Virus record (IMG/VR): IMGVR_UViG_3300046794_000123
Coordinates: 1 to 64,000 of that record
Reading direction: 5' to 3' (one strand)
Origin: a virus
DNA length: 64,000 nucleotides
Numbering within the stretch: position 1 is the stretch's first letter; every line of letters begins with the position of its first letter. Made by a program: the position numbers and the translations under genes. Below are positions 40,572 through 48,500 of the stretch, in pieces. The notes beneath the pieces were generated by a model. That model was not told where the DNA came from, made no database searches, and saw only the letters and a list, made by a program, of their open reading frames with translations.

Positions 40572-40757
40572 ATGAACCAGCGTGATCTAGTTGTCATCCA
40601 AGGGATGCTCGATGCCCGCACGGAATTCGATCTGCGTGTGCGTGATCCGGAAAACAAGTCAGTGGTCTGTCCGTTCGATCCACTCACTGAGTCGCAGGAA
40701 TACGACTACTGGTGGGAGGGCTACACCTTCCACCGTGATCCGAAGATAGTTGGATAA
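40572..40757 (+). CDS. Hypothetical protein (CPF...WWEGY motif)
   Basis: AAGGAG RBS; 61 aa. Confidence 0.6.
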   Translation: MNQRDLVVIQGMLDARTEFDLRVRDPENKSVVCPFDPLTESQEYDYWWEGYTFHRDPKIVG

Positions 40758-40770
40758 CTACGGTCGTAGA

Positions 40771-40791
40771 TCCGCTACGCGGATGTTGGGA
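40771..40791 (+). promoter_or_regulatory. vRNAP early hairpin promoter
   Basis: TCCGC-TAC-GCGGA-TGTT-GGGA; +1 at 40788; same geometry as 39613. Confidence 0.88.
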
Positions 40792-40878
40792 TATGTGATC
40801 CCAGTTTCATTGTTTTTCTGGGGTGAGTCCATCTCATCCCACTGCTACTTTCTCTCAATCTCTCAAGGAGTTATCGCA

Positions 40879-41277
40879 ATGCCCATTCTCGAATCCAAGA
40901 ACCTGTTCGGCAACACCAAGCAAGCCGCTGCGAGCAGCAAGCAGGACAAGCCCAAGGCCAACTTCTGGCTGAATGTCGGGCTTCTGAAGAAGGTCGACGA
41001 CGGTGAGGTGTTCCTCTCGCTGCCCATCGGCATTCCGCTGGACACGCAGGATCGTCTGCCGGAAACGAGCTCCAACAAGGAGTTCGCCCAGATGCAGGCA
41101 GCTCGCAACAACATCATGGATCAGCTGATCGCCTACGCCAACACCATGGAACCGGGTCAGGACATCGTCATCGACCTTCAGGTTCAACTGCGTCGAGTCA
41201 AGGAGACGCAGGAAGTGAGCACCAAGGTTGGCGAGAACAAGTTCGCCATGGACTTGGGTCTGCTCGAATCGAAGTAA
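40879..41277 (+). CDS. RNAP II ssDNA-binding transcription cofactor (N4 gp2-like)
   Basis: KPKANFWLNVG, FLSLPIGIPLDTQ, LQVQLRRV; AAGGAG RBS. Confidence 0.88.
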   Translation: MPILESKNLFGNTKQAAASSKQDKPKANFWLNVGLLKKVDDGEVFLSLPIGIPLDTQDRLPETSSNKEFAQMQAARNNIMDQLIAYANTMEPGQDIVIDLQVQLRRVKETQEVSTKVGENKFAMDLGLLESK

Positions 41278-41403
41278 ACCCAAGCTGAGGGAGTGAGGCT
41301 ATAATGCCTCGCTTCCTCAAACTTACCTCTAATTGACAGTCTAACTTTCCATGCCCTAAGTAGGGTTGGAGGCTGGATTTCGACTATAGATAGCCAAAAG
41401 ACT

Positions 41404-41922
41404 ATGAAACCCCTGAAATACGCTGGCATCGGACCTCGTGCAACGCCTCTGGATGTCTGCACTCAGATGTTCAACGTCGCCGGAGAGCTCAATAAACTGG
41501 GCTGGATAGTCAGATCCGGCCATGCCGAGGGCGCAGACCAGGCGTGGGAGCTTGGCCATGATCCGGCTCAGCGGGAGATCTATCTGCCGTGGAATGGCTT
41601 CAACAATGGCCAAGGCAAGGGAGTCTACGTATCGCCCTCCTCTCCTGCATTGGTGGCTGTAGCCCAGCTCATCCACCCACGCTGGGACTTCCTCAGCCAG
41701 GGTGCCCAGAAGCTGATGATGCGAAACGTCTCGATCATCTTAGGTCCCCAGCTCGACGACCACGTCAAGTTCGTCGCCTACTGGTCAGCCACCCGTGAGG
41801 TGCAAGGTGGCACCGGCAACGCAGTGAAGCTGGCCACGGCCTACGGCATTCCTGCCTACAACATCGCATTCGAGGATGAGCAGGAAGAGATGACTGCACT
41901 CATCAACGTGCTCTCGCCCTAG
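41404..41922 (+). CDS. SLOG/DprA-like nucleotide-binding protein
   Basis: YAGIGPRATP, RSGHAEGAD, IYLPWNGF, GGTG. Confidence 0.8.
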   Translation: MKPLKYAGIGPRATPLDVCTQMFNVAGELNKLGWIVRSGHAEGADQAWELGHDPAQREIYLPWNGFNNGQGKGVYVSPSSPALVAVAQLIHPRWDFLSQGAQKLMMRNVSIILGPQLDDHVKFVAYWSATREVQGGTGNAVKLATAYGIPAYNIAFEDEQEEMTALINVLSP

Positions 41923-41987
41923 CCTTCGCTGCCGCTCAGGCTCGTTCTCGCGTTTGGGTGAGATACCTCTCAGGAACCAAGGAAACC

Positions 41988-42290
41988 ATGAACCAAGGAA
42001 AGAAGGTGGCATTCGTCACCAAGGCTCAACTCGTCCGTGCTGAAGACATCTGGATCGGTGATGAACTATATGTAGGCAAGTTCGTGCTGCGTGCAGTGAT
42101 GGTCGCAGACAAACCCGAAGCACGAGTTCACGAGAATCAACACCGTGTCTTTCAGGCTGGTGAGGATGTCCGTACATCGTTCCTCATTCGGGTCGACATC
42201 GAGAAGAACGAGTTCGAGACCATGAACACCATCTACAAGGTGGTGCCCGAAGCACAGGTCGATGTGTACCGCATGACCAACCCGTTCTGA
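41988..42290 (+). CDS. Hypothetical protein
   Basis: RBS; VRTS...FETMNTIY motif common in phage proteins. Confidence 0.65.
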   Translation: MNQGKKVAFVTKAQLVRAEDIWIGDELYVGKFVLRAVMVADKPEARVHENQHRVFQAGEDVRTSFLIRVDIEKNEFETMNTIYKVVPEAQVDVYRMTNPF

Positions 42291-42380
42291 ATCAGTAGAA
42301 GACGTTCAACAAGCTATGTCAGCGTTCACCGCTTCACTACACCAGGAATGTTCATGACATAAAAACTGAGGCTATATCCC

Positions 42381-42695
42381 ATGTCCAATCCGGACCCGAA
42401 GGAAGTGCTGCAAGTATTGCGAATGACCGAGGAACAGATGGCGACTGTCTCGACCATCGTTCTGTATCAGGCCTTTTACGCTCTGCCTACCCACTATCCA
42501 CTTGCCCTGTGTGATGTGTCCACTGGCAAGGGGTTCGAGCAATTGAACAAGGAAGAAAGGGTCATCGCTGAACGCATTGTGCGTGTGATTCAACACCGAT
42601 GCCCAGTGCCGAAGATTGAGCGTTGGAAGAAATTCGAAGCACCCGCAGCCAACGATCCGCAGATCCCGATCGAGCTGCGCATCACGCATCACTGA
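42381..42695 (+). CDS. Hypothetical protein
   Basis: GAGG RBS, phage-like codon use. Confidence 0.6.
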   Translation: MSNPDPKEVLQVLRMTEEQMATVSTIVLYQAFYALPTHYPLALCDVSTGKGFEQLNKEERVIAERIVRVIQHRCPVPKIERWKKFEAPAANDPQIPIELRITHH

Positions 42696-42710
42696 GCCAA
42701 GGAAAAGAAT

Positions 42711-43145
42711 ATGAGCCAGGAAAAGAAAGAGTGCGCTGACTGCTGCGGCTGGGCAGAGCCGGGCAATGATCGTTGCGGCTATCACCAGTGCAAGCCAGCA
42801 GCAGCAACTCCTGCGCAGTCTGAACTCCTCACCAAGTTTTACCGTGCGTATGCTGCATGGATTGACGATGGCGCACCTGAAATCCCGGTGTTCACTCGTC
42901 AGCATGGCCTCTGCCACAACCTGAAAACGTGGATTCGAGCAGTCGACGGGGTAGTAATCCCACAGACCTGGTACGAGCTCGATCAGGAAATGCGCAAGCA
43001 GTTCCGGCAAGCACGTCTGCATGAAACCTTCCCGTTCAACGGGGGCGACCGCATGTATTACCAGATCGAGCAGAACACTGTGGCTTCTGGTCCGCAGTGT
43101 CACTCCAACGCAAACCGACTGTCATGGGTACGTGACCATGTTTAA
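42711..43145 (+). CDS. Hypothetical protein
   Basis: RBS motif; FYRAYAAW...GLC...PFN...RLSWVRDH. Confidence 0.65.
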   Translation: MSQEKKECADCCGWAEPGNDRCGYHQCKPAAATPAQSELLTKFYRAYAAWIDDGAPEIPVFTRQHGLCHNLKTWIRAVDGVVIPQTWYELDQEMRKQFRQARLHETFPFNGGDRMYYQIEQNTVASGPQCHSNANRLSWVRDHV

Positions 43146-43446
43146 TAGCCAACAGTTTTTCACGATCTCCAACGCAGAAGGACGTTGGCCCAATCGAACC
43201 TACTTCGACATTCTTCCTGGTTCAGTGCTCTATCACGAAGGAACCAAGGAGGAGTACATCGACTGGCTGTACACCAGTGCGGAGGAAGATCCGGCTGTAG
43301 CTGAAGAGCTCACCAAGATCGTCGATGCAGTCAGTGTGAGTCATCTGGTCCGTCTGGTTGTGCCTGACCGGTTCAATGACTTCCGAGGTAATGCTGTCAT
43401 TGGGCTGGTGAAGCAAGCCATGGAACAACTCAAGGAGCAATCGTGA
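43138..43446 (+). CDS. Hypothetical protein
   Basis: Overlapping start MFNSQQFF. Confidence 0.55.
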   Translation: MFNSQQFFTISNAEGRWPNRTYFDILPGSVLYHEGTKEEYIDWLYTSAEEDPAVAEELTKIVDAVSVSHLVRLVVPDRFNDFRGNAVIGLVKQAMEQLKEQS

Positions 43447-43652
43447 GCTATCAAGTCATTGTCGAGATCAAGGTCATCAATGAAGTTGGTGATGTGGTGG
43501 ACCACAGGGGACATCCACAAATCAGCAACAAGAAGATCTTCACACCTCTGGAGACCAAACAAGACTTCAAGTATTACGAGCACATCGAGTCCGCTCACCA
43601 GAACCTCAACGTGCTGCATGCCGTCATCAAACATATGAAGGAACTCTCGTGA
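43443..43652 (+). CDS. Hypothetical protein
   Basis: GTGA overlap, AAGGAG RBS. Confidence 0.55.
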   Translation: MSYQVIVEIKVINEVGDVVDHRGHPQISNKKIFTPLETKQDFKYYEHIESAHQNLNVLHAVIKHMKELS

Positions 43653-43828
43653 TCACCTCACAAGAATTCAGGAAGGCAACGGGTCGTGATCCTGCTCAGG
43701 ATGACCTGGAACGCTGCAACTGCAAGTACGCAGGCAAGCTGGGCCATTCGGATTGTGGCTGGAACAAAGAACACAACCTGCCCAACTTCATGGCCAACTA
43801 TCTCAACGTCAAACTGAGCCGCCAATGA
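43649..43828 (+). CDS. Small Cys/His protein (59 aa)
   Basis: MITSQEFRKATGRDPAQDDLERCNCKYAGKLGHSDCGW; coupled at both ends. Confidence 0.6.
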   Translation: MITSQEFRKATGRDPAQDDLERCNCKYAGKLGHSDCGWNKEHNLPNFMANYLNVKLSRQ

Positions 43829-44214
43829 GCAACAAACCCATTTTCGTCTTTGGCTCTAATGAAGCCGGCCGCCACGGTGCAGGTGCTGCGTATACCGCAC
43901 TCAAACAGCACGGTGCCGTGTATGGCATGAGCTATGGCCACTATGGTGACTCGTTCGCCATTCCCACCAAGGACCGGGCTGTCAAGAACCCTTTACCGAT
44001 GAGCCAGATAAAGGGCTACGTGGAAGGCTTCGTTGCGTATGCCAGAAGCCATCCGGAGTGGACCTTTCAGGTCACACGCATTGGCTGCGGACTGGCTGGC
44101 TGGACGGATGAGTACATCGCACCGCTGTTCATGTTTGCGCCTGACAACTGCCTCTTCGATGAGAAGTGGAGGCCATGGATTCAGGCGTATCACAAAACTT
44201 GGGGAACGTTCTAA
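43825..44214 (+). CDS. IFVFGSN-family macrodomain-like protein (N4 gp14-like)
   Basis: IFVFGSNEAGRHGAGAA, FAIPTK, VTRIGCGLAG. Confidence 0.8.
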   Translation: MSNKPIFVFGSNEAGRHGAGAAYTALKQHGAVYGMSYGHYGDSFAIPTKDRAVKNPLPMSQIKGYVEGFVAYARSHPEWTFQVTRIGCGLAGWTDEYIAPLFMFAPDNCLFDEKWRPWIQAYHKTWGTF

Positions 44215-44403
44215 ATGAGCAACGCACACGTGAAAGAGGACTTCATCCTCGAATCGGCCTATGGCCACAAGATCATGAGCTTCCCTACTGCTGAGCAAGC
44301 ACGTGAGTGGGCACAGCAGCGTCGTGAGAAAGCCAAGGGTGTGATCCCTGCTGTACGCCTGGTCAAGAAGACTGTCCTCGAAGAAGAGCTGGGCGTCGTC
44401 TGA
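44215..44403 (+). CDS. Hypothetical protein
   Basis: 62 aa ORF in operon. Confidence 0.55.
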   Translation: MSNAHVKEDFILESAYGHKIMSFPTAEQAREWAQQRREKAKGVIPAVRLVKKTVLEEELGVV

Positions 44404-44433
44404 ACCAAGTAACCAAGCTTCCAAGGAACCAAG

Positions 44434-44601
44434 ATGAGCACGAAGAAGTGCTGCCCTCATTGCGGCAGTGAACGCATCCTGCGTGATGCGTGGACCAAGT
44501 GGGACGGCACCGAATGGGTAGTCCATGACGTGCTGGACAACTGCGTCTGCAACGAATGCGGTGCGGACTTCAATGACGACGAGATCGAGGATCAAACGTG
44601 A
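44434..44601 (+). CDS. Zn-ribbon protein (55 aa)
   Basis: CPHC...CNEC; RBS; overlaps RNAP1 start. Confidence 0.6.
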   Translation: MSTKKCCPHCGSERILRDAWTKWDGTEWVVHDVLDNCVCNECGADFNDDEIEDQT

Positions 44602-45407
44602 GTGACTCGAAGATCGAGCATCAGAAAGAACTTGAGCGTCTCTATAACAAGAACCAGCTCATGCCACGCATGCGAGCTGAGTTCAAGGCTGAGCCGGAGA
44701 TCATCGAGCACCTGAAGGCCAATGGCATTCCGGAGGACTTCGGTATCGATCTCCTGGTTCAGATGGCACTGCATAAGCGAGCTGATCTGCAGACCATGAT
44801 CGGCACTCTGCGCCACCACTGTGTGTCGGCCCAGGAATGTGCGGATCTGCTCGTCAAGGCTGCCGAGGCCGATCTGTGCACCTACAACACTGTCCTGCGT
44901 CAGTTCATCGTGATCTTCGAGATCGATGCTCAGACACAGGAAGAGATCGATCGATTCCAGTATCCGCTGCCGATGGTAGTCGAGCCAAGGGAGATCAAGC
45001 ACAACGCCCAGAGCGGTTACCTGCTCAACAACAGCTCCATCATCCTGAAGGATAACCACCATGAGGATGATGTGTGTCTCGACCACATCAATCGGATGAA
45101 CAAGGTCCGATTCAAGTTCAACTTCAACACCGCGAAACTCATCAAGAATGAATGGAGAAACCTCGACAAACCCAAGGAAGGTGAAGAGCGAGGCGAGTAC
45201 GAGCGCCGAGTCCGTGCTTTCGAAAAGTACGACAAGACTGCTCATGCTGTCATCGATCTACTTGTTCGAGAAGGGAACGAGTTCAACTTCACGCATCGAT
45301 ACGATAAGCGTGGTCGCACGTACTGCCAGGGCCATCATGCGAACTACCAGGGCACGGCGTGGAACAAAGCCGTGATCGAGTTCGAACGAGGAGAAGTGAC
45401 GCAATGA
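44598..45407 (+). CDS. RNA polymerase II subunit 1 (N4 gp15-like)
   Basis: 269 aa; FQYPLPMVVEP, YDKRGRTY, QGTAWNKA. Confidence 0.93.
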   Translation: MSDSKIEHQKELERLYNKNQLMPRMRAEFKAEPEIIEHLKANGIPEDFGIDLLVQMALHKRADLQTMIGTLRHHCVSAQECADLLVKAAEADLCTYNTVLRQFIVIFEIDAQTQEEIDRFQYPLPMVVEPREIKHNAQSGYLLNNSSIILKDNHHEDDVCLDHINRMNKVRFKFNFNTAKLIKNEWRNLDKPKEGEERGEYERRVRAFEKYDKTAHAVIDLLVREGNEFNFTHRYDKRGRTYCQGHHANYQGTAWNKAVIEFERGEVTQ

Positions 45408-45625
45408 TCACGCACGAACAGGCGCTGGATGTCTGTGCCCAGAAATATGCTGAGTACAGGGATAAGTGCGACAAAGCGTTCCGTACAGGTGCTGGAGGAC
45501 GCTCAGTCGTCCATGCACAGAATGCCCACGTCATGGCAGAACAATTCCAAAAACTCGCTGGGCTGCGAAACACAGATGAAGCTGTGGCCCAGATCCGTGA
45601 ACGACTCAAGAGGAAGAAACGATGA
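45404..45625 (+). CDS. Hypothetical protein
   Basis: ATGA overlap. Confidence 0.55.
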   Translation: MITHEQALDVCAQKYAEYRDKCDKAFRTGAGGRSVVHAQNAHVMAEQFQKLAGLRNTDEAVAQIRERLKRKKR

Positions 45626-45894
45626 AAACCACCTGGCGTCATCCGGGCTACGATGCCCTCAATGAGAAGAGCAAGCCTGTCGTCGTGAAGACGTATTCGA
45701 GACCTGGAGTGAGTCCCGATCCGCAGGTCTCGGTAGGCTGCACCATGCGCAACTTCACCACGCTGGAGCTGCTCGACGATGGCACGCTGCAAGTGCGAGA
45801 TCGTGATCTCGACAAGGCAGTCAACCTAGGCCGAGCCAAGGAAGCAATGGAGGCCATGGCCTACTCCATGAACATGCTGAAGATCCACTTCTAA
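45622..45894 (+). CDS. Hypothetical protein
   Basis: ATGA overlap, RBS. Confidence 0.55.
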   Translation: MKTTWRHPGYDALNEKSKPVVVKTYSRPGVSPDPQVSVGCTMRNFTTLELLDDGTLQVRDRDLDKAVNLGRAKEAMEAMAYSMNMLKIHF

Positions 45895-46014
45895 CCAAGG
45901 AACGAGGGAGACAAGGAAAAGTCCTTCCTTGGTTCCCTCCCTCCTTCATTCGCGGGAGGCTTGCATCCCTCCAAGAATGGTTTACCGTATACGGTTGAAC
46001 CAACCTTCTTGGAG
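45893..46014 (+). promoter_or_regulatory. Putative centromere/operator and sigma70 promoter of the par operon
   Basis: Inverted array of 4-bp boxes (AACC AAGG AACG AGGG AGAC AAGG / CCTT CCTT GGTT CCCT CCCT CCTT); TTGCAT-16-TACCGT; IR CTCCAAGAA...TTCTTGGAG around palindrome ACCGTATACGGT. Confidence 0.6.
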
Positions 46015-46019
46015 TTCAG

Positions 46020-46664
46020 ATGAGAACAATCGTCTTCTCCTGCCTGAAAGGCGGGAGTGGCAAAACCACGCATTCAGCCCACTTCGCAGTGGCGCTGGAA
46101 GCCATGGGCAAAGGTCCAGTAGTCACTATGGACCTCGATCCGCAAGGATCTCTCTCAGCCTGGTGGAATGACCGCAAGGCTGAGACACCCCAGTTCGCCA
46201 TGGTCGAGAACGTAGCGCACCTGGCCAAGAAGCATGTCGAGCTCACCAATGCCGGCTACCAGTGGTGCGTGATCGATACGCCACCGCAGGACCACGAGAT
46301 CAACCGCACAGCCATTCGTCTGGCTGATCTGGTGGTTATTCCGGCCAAGCATTCTCCGCATGACATCCGGGCTGCCGAGAGCACGGTGGATCTATGCGAG
46401 CAAGAGAAGAAGAAGTTCTTCTTCCTGCTCAATGAGACCAACGGCAAGTCGGTCTCGCTGGCTGCTACCCGTAAGCTTGCCTCGATGGGGCCGGTGATTC
46501 CACACGCCATCCCCAAGCTCAATGGCTACTGGGAGTCGATGATCGACGGCCGTACCTTTCAGGAAGTAAACAAGGGGACCGGTGCAATCATCATTGATGA
46601 CGTAGCCAGCTTCCTTATCAGCCAGTTCGAGAAGCAGCCGAAGAAGGAGAAGGCTCATGTCTAA
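46020..46664 (+). CDS. parA: Type Ib ParA partition ATPase
   Basis: Deviant Walker A KGGSGKTT, DLDPQGS, VIDTPP; 214 aa with no N-terminal HTH. Confidence 0.95.
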   Translation: MRTIVFSCLKGGSGKTTHSAHFAVALEAMGKGPVVTMDLDPQGSLSAWWNDRKAETPQFAMVENVAHLAKKHVELTNAGYQWCVIDTPPQDHEINRTAIRLADLVVIPAKHSPHDIRAAESTVDLCEQEKKKFFFLLNETNGKSVSLAATRKLASMGPVIPHAIPKLNGYWESMIDGRTFQEVNKGTGAIIIDDVASFLISQFEKQPKKEKAHV

Positions 46665-47010
46665 GCCATCACTCGACTCACTCGTCACCCGTAAGGGCAG
46701 TGCTGCGCCTGCCGCCTTGGAACCGCCTGCAATCGAGCAAGCAAGCAAGGAGCCAAGGAAGGAAGTAACCAAGGAGGCATCCAAGGAACCCTCCAACCAA
46801 GGAGCCAGTGAAGGAAGGAGACGTGCTTGGCACCAACCCGGCCAGGAGGAGTGGAAGAAGACGAACTATGAGATGCCGCTGCGTGTGCAGACCAAGCTCA
46901 AGGAGATGAAGAATTGGGGTTACATCCCCAATGTCTACAAGTTCGTGGCTGAGGTGGTCGAGAAAGAGATCGACAAGGTCATTGCCAAGGCCGAGAAGGA
47001 GGGCTACTGA
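46657..47010 (+). CDS. ParG-like ribbon-helix-helix centromere-binding protein
   Basis: Overlaps parA; disordered N-term, then WKKTNYEMP (strand)-LRVQTKLKEMK (helix)-VYKFVAEVVEKEI (helix). Confidence 0.7.
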   Translation: MSKPSLDSLVTRKGSAAPAALEPPAIEQASKEPRKEVTKEASKEPSNQGASEGRRRAWHQPGQEEWKKTNYEMPLRVQTKLKEMKNWGYIPNVYKFVAEVVEKEIDKVIAKAEKEGY

Positions 47011-47011
47011 C

Positions 47012-47650
47012 GTGAGCGTACCCGAGCTATTCGATGACGAGCCAGAGAAGATACAGCAGCTGGAGCTATTCAAGGCTGAGACTCGCTGGTTCCATGTCTT
47101 CAAATCCATGATCGCCAGCGGTGATGTGGCCAAAATGGGGCCGTATGCCTTCACCGTCTATTCGGTGATCAAGGCCCATACCAGCTTCAGCAAGGGCCAC
47201 AGCTTCCCGGAGATCTCCACCATCGTGGAGGAGTCGGGCATCAGCAAGGCACAGGTGCATCGAGCTCTCGATGTACTGGAGGAACTGGGTTACGTGCGCA
47301 GGGGCAAGAAGCCCAGCGGACGAGGGAACCTCTACATCTTCCGTGAGAAGGTGGACATCGAGGACAAGCAGGGCAACCATGTGGCTGATGCCTCATGGGA
47401 TTACCTGCCGCTCGGTGTCAGCTCTGCCATCGCTGAGCTGAAGCATGTCAAAATGACTGGTGACTTTAGCGGAGCCAAGATCGTCCAGATCGAGAACCTG
47501 ACTGTCAACGTGAACACAGCGAACGACAGTTCGATTCAGATCAACATTCAGACGCTTATGGACAACATGGAAATGCTGCCCAAGGAGCTGAAAGAGATAT
47601 TGGTTAGACGATTAGCAGAGATGCAGTTGAAGTCTCCCACTGAGACTTGA
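47012..47650 (+). CDS. Winged-HTH putative plasmid replication initiator (Rep)
   Basis: HTH_36-like SFPEISTIVEESGISKAQVHRALDVLEELGYV; QLELF clamp motif; directly followed by iterons and DnaA box. Confidence 0.7.
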   Translation: MSVPELFDDEPEKIQQLELFKAETRWFHVFKSMIASGDVAKMGPYAFTVYSVIKAHTSFSKGHSFPEISTIVEESGISKAQVHRALDVLEELGYVRRGKKPSGRGNLYIFREKVDIEDKQGNHVADASWDYLPLGVSSAIAELKHVKMTGDFSGAKIVQIENLTVNVNTANDSSIQINIQTLMDNMEMLPKELKEILVRRLAEMQLKSPTET

Positions 47651-47835
47651 AACGTAGGTCTCACACTGAGACGTATCCAAGAGAGACTGAACAACTCCCT
47701 TCAAGTCTCAGGCTGAGACTCGAAACCGGGGTTCAGGTCTCACACAGAGTCACTAATAAGATAAGACTTGTTTACTAAGTAAACCCAGAGCATCGAAGAC
47801 TTATCCACACTTTCAGTGGCTAACCCTGTGAACAA
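47632..47835. repeat. Putative plasmid replication origin (iterons, AT-rich IR, DnaA boxes)
   Basis: GTCTC-N5-GAGAC at 47632, 47658, 47705 with degenerate copies at 47673 and 47737; GTTTACT-A-AGTAAAC 47770-84; TTATCCACA 47801-09; inverted near-box at 47827-35. Confidence 0.78.
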
Positions 47836-47837
47836 CT

Positions 47838-48050
47838 ATGAGCGACGCACAAGAACCGAAGAACCTCGTCCTGGTCAAGCTGGATCAGGTACTGACCAGG
47901 CTCGACAACCTGCATGACGACATGCGGCAGATCAAGGCACGCATGACAGCACTGGAAAAGCAGATGCAGACAACCAGTGAATCCGTGGTCGCCCAGTGGG
48001 ACACCTTTGATAAGCACGAAGACCGGATCCGCACGCTGGAAAACCAATGA
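47838..48050 (+). CDS. Small coiled-coil protein
   Basis: Heptads LDQVLTRLDNLHDDMRQIKARMTALE. Confidence 0.6.
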   Translation: MSDAQEPKNLVLVKLDQVLTRLDNLHDDMRQIKARMTALEKQMQTTSESVVAQWDTFDKHEDRIRTLENQ

Positions 48051-48056
48051 CCGACC

Positions 48057-48284
48057 ATGGCCATCGAAAACATCCCACGATTCGAGTCAGAAGAGCAGGA
48101 GCTGCGCTGGATCCTCAACGAGCTGCACAAGGAGTACCAGCGCAAGATTCAGCCCATTGTCAAACGGCTGAGCAAGATTGACGCAGCCAGGCCGCTGCCA
48201 CCGCTCATCGTGAGCGACTACGACAAATACAACCAGCAGGCGCTACAGCAGCTGCTGGACAAGTTCAGACAAGGCCGAACATGA
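48057..48284 (+). CDS. Hypothetical protein
   Basis: 75 aa ORF in operon. Confidence 0.55.
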   Translation: MAIENIPRFESEEQELRWILNELHKEYQRKIQPIVKRLSKIDAARPLPPLIVSDYDKYNQQALQQLLDKFRQGRT

Positions 48285-48478
48285 ACCAGGAAAAAGAAAT
48301 GACGCACAAACCCATGAATGCCTGGAAGGTGTATCAGCCTTCCGGCACCACCGACCCGGATGCCCATCTCGACACGGTGTTCTTCATCCCGAGCATGGAA
48401 GCGGACGACATCAAGAAAGCCCTGATTGAGCATGACGGCTTTCCATCCAACATCTACATTGAGTTGGATAAGCGATAA
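48281..48478 (+). CDS. Hypothetical protein
   Basis: LDTVFF...IKKALIEHDGF motif. Confidence 0.6.
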   Translation: MNQEKEMTHKPMNAWKVYQPSGTTDPDAHLDTVFFIPSMEADDIKKALIEHDGFPSNIYIELDKR

Positions 48479-48500
48479 GCGCAGTACCGCATCAAACCTC

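Noticed and set aside
47632-47751. CRISPR mini-array
   Set aside because: Repeats are only 15 bp, gaps are 0-17 bp and irregular, no cas genes; rep and DnaA-box context fits iterons
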